Shown: piece after piece, positions 28,203 to 38,166 of the stretch
Layout: the number at the start of each line of letters is the position of its first letter
Position numbering within the stretch: position 1 is the stretch's first letter
From: Actinomycetes bacterium
GTDB lineage: Bacteria; Actinomycetota; Coriobacteriia; Coriobacteriales; UBA8131
Length of the DNA stretch: 64,000 nucleotides
Assembly (NCBI GenBank): GCA_009787085.1
Contig: WRGR01000045.1
Span: forward strand, 75-64,074
Direction of reading: 5' to 3'
Notes under the pieces: generated by a model
What the model saw: the letters and a program-made list of their open reading frames with translations, nothing else
What the model was told of the DNA's origin: nothing
The model's database searches: none
Position numbers and translations under genes: made by a program

Positions 28203-28248
28203 GTTTCTGCCCCTAAAAGCCAGACCCACTGTTCGTTTCTGCCCCTAA
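28203..28248. repeat. 14-bp direct repeat GTTTCTGCCCCTAA x2 (period 32 bp) in a 600-bp non-coding gap
   Basis: The copies lie at 28203-28216 and 28235-28248 and are identical. Confidence 0.8.
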
Positions 28249-28626
28249 GTCTGAGGCCAAAATAGGAGCTGTATGTATTGCCGGCACTAGTTTTACAGAT
28301 AACCTTGGTCGCCATAGCGTTGATGTTCTCGTTCCTTTGCCGCTCGGAAGGACGACGGCGCCAAGACTACCACATCCACTAGAACACCGTTGCCCATCCG
28401 GCCTTTCTAGCGGATGAACGATATGCCAGCATGATTATAGGCCAGATGATATGGCTTTGCGATCACTCGACCAACACAGTGCAAGGGGGAATTTAAAAAA
28501 TATTTTCAAACCCTCATTTTGCTTTAACCTCCAGCTTCTAGAGTTGTATGCACAGAGGTACAAGTCGCAAAAAGCGATGGACTGTTGAATGGTGACAGGT
28601 TACTAAAACGATGAGAGGAGTTTGAG

Positions 28627-29331
28627 ATGAAGCAGATGACGAAGAAGAGGATGATCGGAACGTGCGCACTGGCTCTGGCTCTGACCGCCGCCTTAGTGGT
28701 GCCGGCCACCCCGGCCATCGCGGCACCCAGCAGCACCAAAGTGATCTCGACAACAGCTATGAAGAAGATCGCCGTCAAGAAGGTCGGCGGCGGCAAGGTC
28801 TACAGCATCAAGCGGGCTTACGACGATGGACGCTTGGAGTACGACGTGGTCGTAGCGCGCGGATACAAGAAGTACGAGATGGAGTTCGATGCCTACAGTG
28901 GTCGCCTGATAGACTACGATGTCGATCGCTTGATCTATAGGACTGCCGTGAAAAGGGCGGCCGTGGCCAAACTCGGCGGCGGCAAGGTGACCAAGTACAC
29001 CCCGACCTTCGCTTATGGTGACGTGTCTTGGAAGACCTACGTTAGCTACAACGGCAAGACTTACCTGATGTACGTTCAGGCCGATGGCGGCGGCATCGAC
29101 GGCTTCAAGGCTCCGGCCGGAGCCAGCAAGGCCAATGGCTTGGTCAGCCCCAACACCGCCAAGAAAGCGGCTCTGAGCGCTGTCGGCGGTGGCAGCGTTA
29201 CCAAAACCGTACTTGACCGAGACGATGGCCGCTGGGAATACGAGATCACGGTGAGGCACAACTACCACAACTATGATCTGACCATCGATGCCAAGACTGC
29301 CCGGCTGCTGGATCGCGACATCGACGACTGA
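28627..29331 (+). CDS. Secreted protein with three PepSY domains
   Basis: Has a signal peptide (MKQMTKKRMIGTCALALALTAALVVPATPAIA) and three repeats of the pattern ...VGGGKV...DDGR(L/W)EYD/E(V/I)...(Y/H)...D(A)...G(R)L(I/L)D(Y/R)D(V/I)D. The SD is GAGAGGAG. Confidence 0.85.
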   Translation: MKQMTKKRMIGTCALALALTAALVVPATPAIAAPSSTKVISTTAMKKIAVKKVGGGKVYSIKRAYDDGRLEYDVVVARGYKKYEMEFDAYSGRLIDYDVDRLIYRTAVKRAAVAKLGGGKVTKYTPTFAYGDVSWKTYVSYNGKTYLMYVQADGGGIDGFKAPAGASKANGLVSPNTAKKAALSAVGGGSVTKTVLDRDDGRWEYEITVRHNYHNYDLTIDAKTARLLDRDIDD

Positions 29332-29385
29332 CATCCTTGGCACCGATAGTGAGCGGCACCCTCCACCTGCCCCACATTCATTGGA

Positions 29386-29421
29386 TAGGAACTGGCTGGC
29401 GAATCCGTCGGCCAGTTCCTA
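29386..29421 (+). terminator. Rho-independent terminator candidate after the PepSY gene
   Basis: TAGGAACTGGC-n14-GCCAGTTCCTA is an 11-bp perfect stem followed by TTCGTGCGTTC. It lies 55 nt after the stop. Confidence 0.55.
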
Positions 29422-29669
29422 TTCGTGCGTTCGGGATGGGCGATCTGATCTGAGTTGTGAGTCATAACCACCGCTTTTTGCGTCAAACTGCCGCAGGATT
29501 GTCAACCCACGTCCATGTTAGCGGGTATTCGGCAAAACCAAAATCTTTTCAATTGTGACGCAAGCCCCAATGGAGGATTGATGAGAAGAAGACAACCCCC
29601 AGATTGACGCTATCCTCACCAAGACTTTCTGCTCCGCAAGCTCGGTGCTGACGGTTATTACATCGATGA

Positions 29670-29930
29670 AGGCTGTGCCAACCTATACCCGTCGAACTGA
29701 TGAAGGCCCAGGAAATGGGCAGCCTTGGTGCCGCTATGTACGCTGGGGTAGGATCAGGAGTCTTTGACAACTTAGCCGACGCAGTGGCACACTGCGTCGA
29801 TGTGGTCGAGTCCTATTCGCCTGACCCCGAACGGCATGCGCTCTATACAAAATCCTTCAACCGTTGGAACAAGGCCTATGACGCCCTAAACAGCGGCTAT
29901 TACACTGATGAACTGATGGACAAGCTATGA
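29670..29930 (+). pseudogene. C-terminal remnant of an FGGY-family carbohydrate kinase
   Basis: The in-frame sequence after the stop at 29667-29669 is RLVQPIPVELMKAQEMGSLGAAMYAGVGSGVFDNLADAVAHCVDVVESYSPDPERHALYTKSFNRWNKAYDAL. The P-V ... E-x-(S/T)-x-LGAA-x-x-AG-x-G-x-G pattern and tail are typical of the last 80 or so residues of xylulokinase/glycerol-kinase-like enzymes. The roughly 400 N-terminal residues are absent. Confidence 0.65.
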
Positions 29931-30023
29931 GTTTATAGCGTTTATCGCCTAATTTTGAAAATCCGCCTTGGCTCTCTTGCTCGCCACCATCTTGCCGCAC
30001 TTGTTGATGGATGCCAGTTTCGT

Positions 30024-32864
30024 CTATCGGCCTTGCCCAAGTTCCGGGTAACGGCGGATAAGCTCATCCACTATCCGTTGACAGTTGTTGCGGTCTTGGT
30101 AGGGGAAAAAGCGCTTTGTCCTGGCTCGGAACTCCTCGCCCATCTGCGGGTTGTCCAACAGCCTGATCAGACCACTGATAGTTGCCTGGTAGTCCCGGGC
30201 AACCTGACCAAAGCCGTCCCGGTCGAAATCGAAATAGCCGGCCGGCGCATGCATGGTGTAAAAGTCCTCTTCATCAAACTGGATATAAAAACAGGCCTTA
30301 TTCAGATAGGCGAAGTCGAAGAGTATCGACGAGTAATCGGTCACAGCGATTCTGGCCTTCGACACCCACTCGTGGTTGTTGTAGCTGGCATCGGAGAAAA
30401 GAACTGCTTCGTCGGTGAGGTTGAAGTCGCGTTGGTTCGGCTTCATCAAGGGGTGGAGGGCAAACACCAGTTTGAAGCCAGTCTGATGCAACTTGTTGAT
30501 AAGCTCCGGGTCGTTCAGCAGTCGGTCATAGAAACGAAAGAACTCAGAATCCCTAAACAACGGGTTGTACGATCGCTTCCCCGTCTCCAAGCCAGTCAGG
30601 TAACGCCGCCAAGTCGGAGCGACCAACAAGACGTTCTCCTGCATGCTGTTGTCCAAAAGATCAAAGCGGGGGAATCCCAACAGTTTGACCTCATTTTGCC
30701 GATAGCCGTATTTGTCACTGATCAGGTCGTGATACTCGGGTAGGTTTCCTGAAACGTATAGATGTATATTCTTTAAATCCTTGCGCAGATTGTGCGAGTA
30801 ATCAAAAGGCAACATGCCATGGTTCAGATACACATAGTCAAACTGCTGTAGATTCCAGTAAAGTTCGGAGAGGTTCAGAGGGGCAAGATAATTGAAACCG
30901 TTATAACTCGAAATCAGTGTCTTGGCCTTCAAGAAAATTCTTTGTTCCAGCTTTGATCCCAGGGGCAGCATCAAAAAGCCTTCTCGCTTAAGCCTCTGAT
31001 AATCCGGGCAAGAATCAGAGAGCCGGAAATAGATGCGGTGATGCCGCCCGCTGACACCGACATGTTCCTTAAGCTTCCGATACAATGCCTCGCCGTTGTT
31101 ATTGGCACCGGACATGGCATCTGAGACGATGAGACACACACTGCGCTTCACTCCATATGTCAGAACATGTGCTGACCGCTGGCGAAAAGCCCGCCATGCC
31201 TGAACGGCAGTTATCACCTTAGCTGCGTTTTTTCGGCGGTACCAAACAGACAGCAAGTTAGCAGTCAAAAACAATACTTCACGGCCTAGGGCATTTGACC
31301 GCGAGAAACGGGCAACTCGCAGCCCATCGCTAGTCCTTGTCAAAATATGCTTTCCTTGAATGCGATAGGTGCCGTTCTGAGCGATGTGGGCGAAAGCCCT
31401 AGCAAGGCGACTCCGCCTCTGCGTCATACTTCGGAAAAGCTCTCCTAGCCTCAATCGACTAATCAAACTGTAACCCAAACTGCCTTTCACGCCATGCCCC
31501 TCACCCCATTGATATTGCACTCGGACAGAACCCACGAAGTCTGAAGGCAAACTAAAGCGCCGCCCTTCAGCTTGCAATACTTCGCCTCCAAAAAAGTACT
31601 TCGCAGCATGGGGATAGCGAAAATGTTCCAGCTCTTGGCAAGCCACCTGCTGGCAACAGCCATCCCGTTCACAAACAACATCTGTTCGAAAACCGAAGGA
31701 GGGCAAATCAATGGGCGGCAACATCAACTCGACTTCCAGAGAACCACCATCACAGCCGTTGACCGTCATTACCGTAACTTCTTGCTTTGCCACGTTGAAC
31801 AGCTCCAAGCCATGGTGAAACACCGCTCCATCACTGCTAAGCTCCACTTGGCCACGCCACTGACCGCCTTCCTTGACGTCGATCAGAGACAGCTTCTCAG
31901 AAAGACTGAACCCCTTGATCCCAGTGATCACAATATCTTCGATATCAGCCAAAAACAACCTGAACTGCGCTCTGATCCTCTGGCAAACACTCTCAGGAAC
32001 CGAAGCAAACATCGCTCGATTAAAAATATAGCTGCTATTGATATGCAAAAACAGGTATTGCAAATACCTCGAAATTCCCCCTCGCTCAAGCTTGCTCTGA
32101 TCCCACAAGTCTTGCCAGATATCGGTCAAGCCGTGCTCCAACTGCTCGACGCTCAACAGCTTGAGCTTTTCGACAAAACGCCGGTTCCCATCAGTCCAAC
32201 GCCGATACAAAGCCGCATGAGTATAATAAAGTTGCATATTGCTATGCAAGAGGCTGCGGACAATAAAATCAATATCAGAGTAAGGATAAGGATAAGGGTC
32301 TTCCTTGAAAACCAGCCCCTCAATTGCCTTGCGGGCGAACATCAGAGAGCTGACATCGATTTGCGGACACTTGAAGCATCTATCTAAGTCGGTCAGACGA
32401 TTGGCTTTGAAGGCATCACGGGATGAGTGAAATTTTTGCGTACCACCTCGGAAACGAACATGAAAGGCCACCGACCCCAGCTCCGGATACTTCTCGAAAA
32501 GCTCCAAGCCAGTGCGAAACATACTGGCAGCAACCACATCCCTAGCGCCCACAAAAGCGATACAGTCCCCCTTGGCAACACCTAAGCCGATGTTTCGGGC
32601 AGCGGCAACGCTAACCCCCGGTGCTTTGAGCAGCTCGATATTAGACGGATAGTGGCTCGCCCATTCTTCAGCCAAACTAATGGTTTTTGCGGTGCTAGCA
32701 ACACTTATCAATATCAGCTGAACCCGCTCGTTAAATCCAATATCCTGGCCAAAAAGGCTGGCCAGGCATTCTTCGAAGGCAACCGAGAAACCTCTCGCTG
32801 AACCATCATCGTCGATCACCGTTATACAGCTAATGCTGGGCGCATCCCTAGCCTCAGGGGACAT
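30024..32864 (-). CDS. Bifunctional glycosyltransferase family 2 / CDP-glycerol glycerophosphotransferase (TagF-like) protein
   Basis: 946 aa. The N-terminal GT-A-like region is ISCITVIDDDGS...LILISVAS...VSVAAARNIGL...IAFVGARD. The C-terminal TagF-type region is YVYLNHGMLPFDYSHNL...LVAPTWRRYL...FALHPLMK...VTDYSSILFDFAYLNKACFYIQFD. Confidence 0.8.
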   Translation of the reverse strand: MSPEARDAPSISCITVIDDDGSARGFSVAFEECLASLFGQDIGFNERVQLILISVASTAKTISLAEEWASHYPSNIELLKAPGVSVAAARNIGLGVAKGDCIAFVGARDVVAASMFRTGLELFEKYPELGSVAFHVRFRGGTQKFHSSRDAFKANRLTDLDRCFKCPQIDVSSLMFARKAIEGLVFKEDPYPYPYSDIDFIVRSLLHSNMQLYYTHAALYRRWTDGNRRFVEKLKLLSVEQLEHGLTDIWQDLWDQSKLERGGISRYLQYLFLHINSSYIFNRAMFASVPESVCQRIRAQFRLFLADIEDIVITGIKGFSLSEKLSLIDVKEGGQWRGQVELSSDGAVFHHGLELFNVAKQEVTVMTVNGCDGGSLEVELMLPPIDLPSFGFRTDVVCERDGCCQQVACQELEHFRYPHAAKYFFGGEVLQAEGRRFSLPSDFVGSVRVQYQWGEGHGVKGSLGYSLISRLRLGELFRSMTQRRSRLARAFAHIAQNGTYRIQGKHILTRTSDGLRVARFSRSNALGREVLFLTANLLSVWYRRKNAAKVITAVQAWRAFRQRSAHVLTYGVKRSVCLIVSDAMSGANNNGEALYRKLKEHVGVSGRHHRIYFRLSDSCPDYQRLKREGFLMLPLGSKLEQRIFLKAKTLISSYNGFNYLAPLNLSELYWNLQQFDYVYLNHGMLPFDYSHNLRKDLKNIHLYVSGNLPEYHDLISDKYGYRQNEVKLLGFPRFDLLDNSMQENVLLVAPTWRRYLTGLETGKRSYNPLFRDSEFFRFYDRLLNDPELINKLHQTGFKLVFALHPLMKPNQRDFNLTDEAVLFSDASYNNHEWVSKARIAVTDYSSILFDFAYLNKACFYIQFDEEDFYTMHAPAGYFDFDRDGFGQVARDYQATISGLIRLLDNPQMGEEFRARTKRFFPYQDRNNCQRIVDELIRRYPELGQGR

Positions 32865-32870
32865 ACTGGG

Positions 32871-35087
32871 TCACCTACACTTCAGTATCTTCTTTGCCCG
32901 ACGGGGCAGGAAAGTAATGGCTCGACCCAGTTTAAAGGAGATTGATTTGCGCAAGCATTCGATCTCCTGCTCTTTTGCCAACAACTGCTTGGTCAGACTG
33001 GCATTCTTGGCCTCAACTTTGGACAGCTCCTTGCGCAAGCCCGTCTGCTGCTTGATCTGTGCATAGACCTCCGAAACCAGCTTGCCATACAACCGGGTCG
33101 GCCTGAATAACACCGGATAAGGAACAAAAAGCCACTCGCAGCCCGCCTCGTCGGGCTGCTGATAATAAGAATGCACCCTCAACGCCTGGTCGGCAACCCG
33201 GAACCACTGATTAGTGAGACGCGCACAGGCACCGAGCGTTGAAATTGATGGATCATAGTGTTTGACAACCCTCTCCAACAACGCATTTGCCGAGGTTATC
33301 AAGCTGAAGGCAGTCTCTTGGGCACATCCGGGGCTAAACACCAAGTCGCGTTGTTTTGGCTGACGTCTGACCAAGGCATTGGCAAACAGCAAGCTAGCCT
33401 GACTGGAAAGCATGCTTTCGAAGCAGAACAGTGGGCCAGAATCAATCACGGCCTCAGAGAAGCGCAACCTAGCATTCAACAGATGCTGGCGCCTAGAGAT
33501 CTGTTGGGATGTTCGGCCAAAAAAGTCCCCCCTACGAACGCTGAGCGCAAACAGCTCGTCACCCGACCATGGTTTCAGCGGATAGTCATGGACAACAGCA
33601 TTATGATCTTTTAGATAACACAGAAGACGTTGCTGCTCAACTGAGCCAAAGTCTTCAGCAGCCGCAAAGAAGACGGTGTCAACCGCATGCTTGTCAGCCA
33701 ACTCATATAGTTTGCGCAAGGCATCATGGTGCAACGAATAGCTATCATCCAGAAAGTAAAGGTACTCGCCCCGAGACTGGGCTATCGCCTGGTTGTAAGC
33801 AGCAGCCACACTGGCTCCCGGCATTTGCAGCAACGTCAGACGCCCGTCCCGACCAGCAAGCTGCTCAACTGCTGACCGATCAGCCTCGGGCTGACCACAG
33901 TCGATACAGATCACCTCGATCTCCTGCAAGCTCTGCCCTAAGACATCGATGATTCGAGTGGCAGCACCAGTAGCTCCACCAGCCATGGCCATAGCCACAG
34001 ATACCAGTGGTGTGGCGCACTCTATCACCTCAGAAGCTAGTGGCTCTACGGCACTAGCAGCATCCAGCAATGGTGTGCCGAGCCTCTGATCGACCTCACC
34101 CTGACCAGAGTCGCCTACCGGAACAGCCGGATGGGAAATGTCAATACAGTGCTCGATCACCTCCCGATATAGATTAAACCATCTGTATTGGCGCAAATCA
34201 CCAAGGATCGAAAGATCCATAGAGGCCAAGAAGGAGAACAGGCCACCGACTATCCGGCGACGCTCAGCACCTTTGGCCTTATGAAACCAAGATAGACAGT
34301 CAGACAGCTCGATCTCCATCACCAGCGATCGAATACGCTCATCAAAGGCCTGCGACAGCCGCAACACCGAACGTATCGAATCGTAGTGAACCTCAAAATT
34401 GGCGAAACGCCTAGAGACTAACGAGCCATCCATGTTGCAGCGGTAGTAGATCAAAGGCTCAGACAACGCCCCAACACGGTTCGAGCAGAAAAGGGATGCA
34501 AAATAAAATGATCGGTCATTGATGACGATATAAGACGGGAAACGCAGCTGATTTTGAATTAAGAATTGCCGTCGATAGACCTTCGACCAAGGGGTGACAT
34601 TGCTCCAAACCCAAAACTCCGGCTCATCAAGCAGCGCGCCGACATGTAAGCCGTGATACTCGGGCAGCGACCGATAGGCAGTGCCTTTGGCGATCATCCG
34701 ACCGGTCATCATATCCACCCGCCTGTAGGCAAAGACTAAGAAGTCCAAGCCATGTTCGGCCATCAGAGGAATAGTACGATCATAGATACCTTGATCAACC
34801 CAGTCGTCGGCATCCAAGAAGTGGACATATTCGCCTTGGGCGATATCCAAGCCGACGTTACGGGCTACGCCAGCATACTGGTTTTTCTGGGTCAGGACAC
34901 GCAGCCGCGTGTCCTGTTGCTCAAAAGCGCGTAGGATAGCCAAGCTGGTATCGGTCGAGCCGTCATCAACACAAATCACCTCGATGTCTGCAACAGGCTG
35001 ACGCAATACGCTGTTCAGGCAGTCCTCCAAGTACTTCTCAGCGTTATACACCGGAATAATCACTGATACTAGCGGTGATGTACCCAT
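32871..35087 (-). CDS. Protein with two tandem glycosyltransferase family 2 domains and a C-terminal coiled-coil/amphipathic tail
   Basis: The start was trimmed to M33 of the ORF (ATG 35087, SD GGGGA). Domain 1 is VSVIIPVYNAEKYLEDCLNSVLRQ...EVICVDDGSTD...HFLDADD. Domain 2 is VSVAMAMAGG...IEVICIDCGQ...YLYFLDDSY. The tail is KELSKVEAKNASLTKQLLAKEQEIECLRKS. Confidence 0.8.
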   Translation of the reverse strand: MGTSPLVSVIIPVYNAEKYLEDCLNSVLRQPVADIEVICVDDGSTDTSLAILRAFEQQDTRLRVLTQKNQYAGVARNVGLDIAQGEYVHFLDADDWVDQGIYDRTIPLMAEHGLDFLVFAYRRVDMMTGRMIAKGTAYRSLPEYHGLHVGALLDEPEFWVWSNVTPWSKVYRRQFLIQNQLRFPSYIVINDRSFYFASLFCSNRVGALSEPLIYYRCNMDGSLVSRRFANFEVHYDSIRSVLRLSQAFDERIRSLVMEIELSDCLSWFHKAKGAERRRIVGGLFSFLASMDLSILGDLRQYRWFNLYREVIEHCIDISHPAVPVGDSGQGEVDQRLGTPLLDAASAVEPLASEVIECATPLVSVAMAMAGGATGAATRIIDVLGQSLQEIEVICIDCGQPEADRSAVEQLAGRDGRLTLLQMPGASVAAAYNQAIAQSRGEYLYFLDDSYSLHHDALRKLYELADKHAVDTVFFAAAEDFGSVEQQRLLCYLKDHNAVVHDYPLKPWSGDELFALSVRRGDFFGRTSQQISRRQHLLNARLRFSEAVIDSGPLFCFESMLSSQASLLFANALVRRQPKQRDLVFSPGCAQETAFSLITSANALLERVVKHYDPSISTLGACARLTNQWFRVADQALRVHSYYQQPDEAGCEWLFVPYPVLFRPTRLYGKLVSEVYAQIKQQTGLRKELSKVEAKNASLTKQLLAKEQEIECLRKSISFKLGRAITFLPRRAKKILKCR

Positions 35088-35115
35088 TTTTTTCCCCGCA
35101 GTATAGACAGTCGGT

Positions 35116-35610
35116 TTAGAATGATAACCCCTCGTCCAAGCGCTCTTTAATACCAGTGGTCGAAATACCGTCAGTGCGATCAAGAAAAACCAACTCGCAA
35201 ATATCTGACAACATCATAAAACGATTGTCGTCTTTCCAATCCGCGCCCATCACCACGGTATCGACATGATAGCGCAAGACATCATCGCGTTTCTGCCCCC
35301 AGGTATCCTCGGGGATCACGAGATCCACATAACGAATGGCCTTGAGCATCTCGCAACGCAGAGCATAGGGATAAAACGCCTCTTTCCCCTTCAAGGCATT
35401 AAACTTGTCAGTTGAAAGTGCAACTATCAAATAGTCTCCGAGTGCCGCCGCCCGCCGTAAAAGCCGGATGTGCCCATAGTGCAAGAGATCATAAGTTCCA
35501 TAAGTCAACACACGGCGAAACCCGAGCCCCTGCTGGACATCGGCGGCAGATGACCCGATCTCAGGCCACACTCTTTCCTTGTCACCAAAACTGCTCGTAC
35601 TCATCTGCAC
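35116..35610 (-). CDS. tagD: Glycerol-3-phosphate cytidylyltransferase (TagD/TarD)
   Basis: VLTYGTYDLLHYGHIRLLRRAAALGDYLIVALSTDKFNALKGK ... RYVDLVIPE...W contains the HxGH motif and the TagD core. About 30 extra N-terminal residues make the start uncertain. Confidence 0.88.
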   Translation of the reverse strand: MQMSTSSFGDKERVWPEIGSSAADVQQGLGFRRVLTYGTYDLLHYGHIRLLRRAAALGDYLIVALSTDKFNALKGKEAFYPYALRCEMLKAIRYVDLVIPEDTWGQKRDDVLRYHVDTVVMGADWKDDNRFMMLSDICELVFLDRTDGISTTGIKERLDEGLSF

Positions 35611-35745
35611 TCATTCGTCCTTAAGCTGCTATCAAAGCTACCAATTGCGGGAAACGGACAATCAATCGTGACATATTCCGGCTCTAAAGGCAAGACTCCC
35701 GACATATACCAGGAAAGTGCCCGCAAGCAACAATCTAAGCATCCT

Positions 35746-37116
35746 TCAGCGATTTTCCTCAAGCAACGCCATTATCGCCGATGCGATAGATTTTGTTGCC
35801 CCATCAGAGGGAGTGGCCAAATAATGACGGGCAAACTCCGCGAAGGCATCGGCAGGGGCATCGGTCGGACTTTCACCAAAAGCCAATACCGCCCTAGTCA
35901 ATAACTCAGCATCCCGAAAGCTCTGGTCACAGAACTGATGCTCTGGGTCAATGTTCAGGCCGGGAGATCCCCGATAGGTATCGATGTCCGGCAGATAGAA
36001 GAAAACCCGAGCACCGGCCAAGAATGCCTCGAAAGCCACTGCCGAATAGTCACTAACCACCACATCGACCAATGGCATCAGAGCCAAGCTGCCGCCATCG
36101 ACTAAGCTGATGCCTGCTCCATAGCATCTCTCAGAAAAGTGACCATCGTCAGCATCCCTAGAGGCATATTGCACACCTATCGCTGCTTCTAACTGACTCA
36201 AGACATGAGGGCTGACAAAGAAGTTGCATTTGCCAGAGAGCTGCTCAGCCAGATGCATGACCCCTTTGGTAAACAATCCCGCCTCGTCATGTTGGCGGAA
36301 GGTCGGCGCGTAGAGCACGTTCAATCGGCCATTCTGAAGCTGCGGGTAACAGGACAGCAATTCTTTCCGATCAACGGCGCATTCAGCAGCTATTAGCTGG
36401 TCAAGGTCGGAAAAACATTCTCCATCAACAACATTCGAGCAAATCCCTTCACCTTCTGCTGACTCCCAGCCGGCAGCTTCCCGCTCAACTGCCTTCGGCC
36501 CTGCCACCGGCTGCCCAAGCATACCCCGACTGGCTAACAGGTAGTCAACCCGTGGCAGTCCCAAAGGTGCAATCCGTTCGCTGGGTACGTTAAATGCCTC
36601 AGCAAAGGCATGGATTGCCCCTGAACCGCCGGCCACTACCATGTCGTAATTACCGTGCATCTTCAGCTCCTCAGCTGCGCTTGCCCTTCTTCCCATAGGC
36701 GTATCCACCGACTGCCAGGAAAACCGCTTGAAAGCTCCTAGGGCATGCCAAAGCTGGACAACAACTGTACTGGACGGCAAGCGTGGTATCGAAACTGCTG
36801 GGCAATAGCCATCCGCTATGCAGAGGTTAGCCCTAGCAACAGCATACATCTGCCGCATGGTACCGCAAATCCTTCTGCCTGTGGAGCCTCGCTTGTGATC
36901 ACTATCCAAGTAGCAGACATGTTCGATATCCCAGCTCGGCAACCGCCTAGCCAACTCCCAGCTTAGTAGCCGATAGTCCAAGGACGGCTCATCACATTGG
37001 CGCGAAAGGAAGGCGATGCTCTTCCGTTCCCGCCGCCGTCGACTGAATAACAGTCTCAACAGGCAGAAGAGCGCACTCATTCCTTTGGCGTTGAGCGTGT
37101 CAATTAATCGTGGCAA
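35746..37116 (-). CDS. CDP-glycerol glycerophosphotransferase family protein (TagB/TagF-like)
   Basis: 456 aa. QLWHALGAFKRF...VLYAPTFRQ...FFVSPHV...VVSDYSAVAFEAFLAGARVFFYLPD are the characteristic TagB/F motifs. Confidence 0.78.
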   Translation of the reverse strand: MPRLIDTLNAKGMSALFCLLRLLFSRRRRERKSIAFLSRQCDEPSLDYRLLSWELARRLPSWDIEHVCYLDSDHKRGSTGRRICGTMRQMYAVARANLCIADGYCPAVSIPRLPSSTVVVQLWHALGAFKRFSWQSVDTPMGRRASAAEELKMHGNYDMVVAGGSGAIHAFAEAFNVPSERIAPLGLPRVDYLLASRGMLGQPVAGPKAVEREAAGWESAEGEGICSNVVDGECFSDLDQLIAAECAVDRKELLSCYPQLQNGRLNVLYAPTFRQHDEAGLFTKGVMHLAEQLSGKCNFFVSPHVLSQLEAAIGVQYASRDADDGHFSERCYGAGISLVDGGSLALMPLVDVVVSDYSAVAFEAFLAGARVFFYLPDIDTYRGSPGLNIDPEHQFCDQSFRDAELLTRAVLAFGESPTDAPADAFAEFARHYLATPSDGATKSIASAIMALLEENR

Positions 37117-37353
37117 CCATGTCCCTCGGATCGTCTAAACTACACGGACAAACAACAAATGCATGATCTTTGGCCGTTGCGTCACAGAAACTATGTTTCT
37201 AAATGCTAATATTTTAGACTAAAACTCTTGTATCGAACACTATGATCTGTTGGTGTTGGCGCTGTTTTCATGCCGTTGTTTGATCAAGGGAGTGATCCGC
37301 AAAGCTGTCTGGAGAAAACCGGGGGGACCCGGCATAGGAGCCCGAAATTTGCA

Positions 37354-38166
37354 ATGTTCTCAACTCTAAAGGAAATCATCTTGGCAAACTTCACCCGTTT
37401 GCCTTCGTTTTGGAGCTATGGTCTGCATGATCTAGGCAAACGGAACCGAGATACCGTTCTTGGGTGGTTCTGGATATTTGCTCGTCCATTGATTTACATT
37501 CTGGCCTTTGGCATGGCTTTAGAGATTGGCTTTAGGCATTCCGACAGCCTAAACTCTACAAAGCCTTATCTGCTCTGGCTAGCCAGCGGCATCTACCCTT
37601 GGTTTTTCATCGGTGATATCTTCGGTCGCAGCGCCAACGCCTTCAAAGCCCAATCCAAGCTGATCAAGCTGAACTGCTTTCCATTGGCTTCGATTCCCAG
37701 TGTCAACCTGATGTCCAACTTGATCGTCTTTTTGGTCACCTTTGCGGCAATGATGCTGGTAGCTGTGCCATTTGGGGCTTATCCCAGTATCTATTGGCTC
37801 CAAGTCCCATTAATCATCGCCTTGATGCTGTTGTTTTACTATTGCTTCTCTTTGATGGTATCTTGCTTCTCTGCCTTAAGCCATGATTTCGCCAATCTGG
37901 TTAAAGTTCTCAGTACGCCGATGTTTTGGCTCTCTGGCATCCTTTTCGACACGTCACATATCTCCAATGTCGCTGTCAAGGTTTTTTTGATCATCAATCC
38001 TGTCACCTTTTTAGTCACCGCTTTCCGCGATGCCGTCTATTTCGGCAGATGGACATTCGTCGACTTGGGGCGTCTGCTGCCCTTCTTGCTTGTTGTCTTG
38101 ATCACCACTCTGATGGCTTGGCGCAACTATCATGCCTTGAAATCCGAGGTTCTGGATGCGATCTGA
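37354..38166 (+). CDS. tagG: ABC-2 type (TagG-like) glycopolymer export permease
   Basis: The start was trimmed to M29 of the ORF (AGGAG 13 nt upstream). The sequence is MFSTLKEIILANF...YGLHDLGKRNRDTVLGWFWIFARPLIYILAFG... with six TM segments, the pattern typical of TagG/ABC-2 permeases. Confidence 0.8.
   Translation: MFSTLKEIILANFTRLPSFWSYGLHDLGKRNRDTVLGWFWIFARPLIYILAFGMALEIGFRHSDSLNSTKPYLLWLASGIYPWFFIGDIFGRSANAFKAQSKLIKLNCFPLASIPSVNLMSNLIVFLVTFAAMMLVAVPFGAYPSIYWLQVPLIIALMLLFYYCFSLMVSCFSALSHDFANLVKVLSTPMFWLSGILFDTSHISNVAVKVFLIINPVTFLVTAFRDAVYFGRWTFVDLGRLLPFLLVVLITTLMAWRNYHALKSEVLDAI

Noticed and set aside
29955-30743. 262-aa plus-strand ORF
   Set aside because: It lies entirely antisense to the well-supported TagF-like C-terminus of 30024..32864, and it has no motifs.
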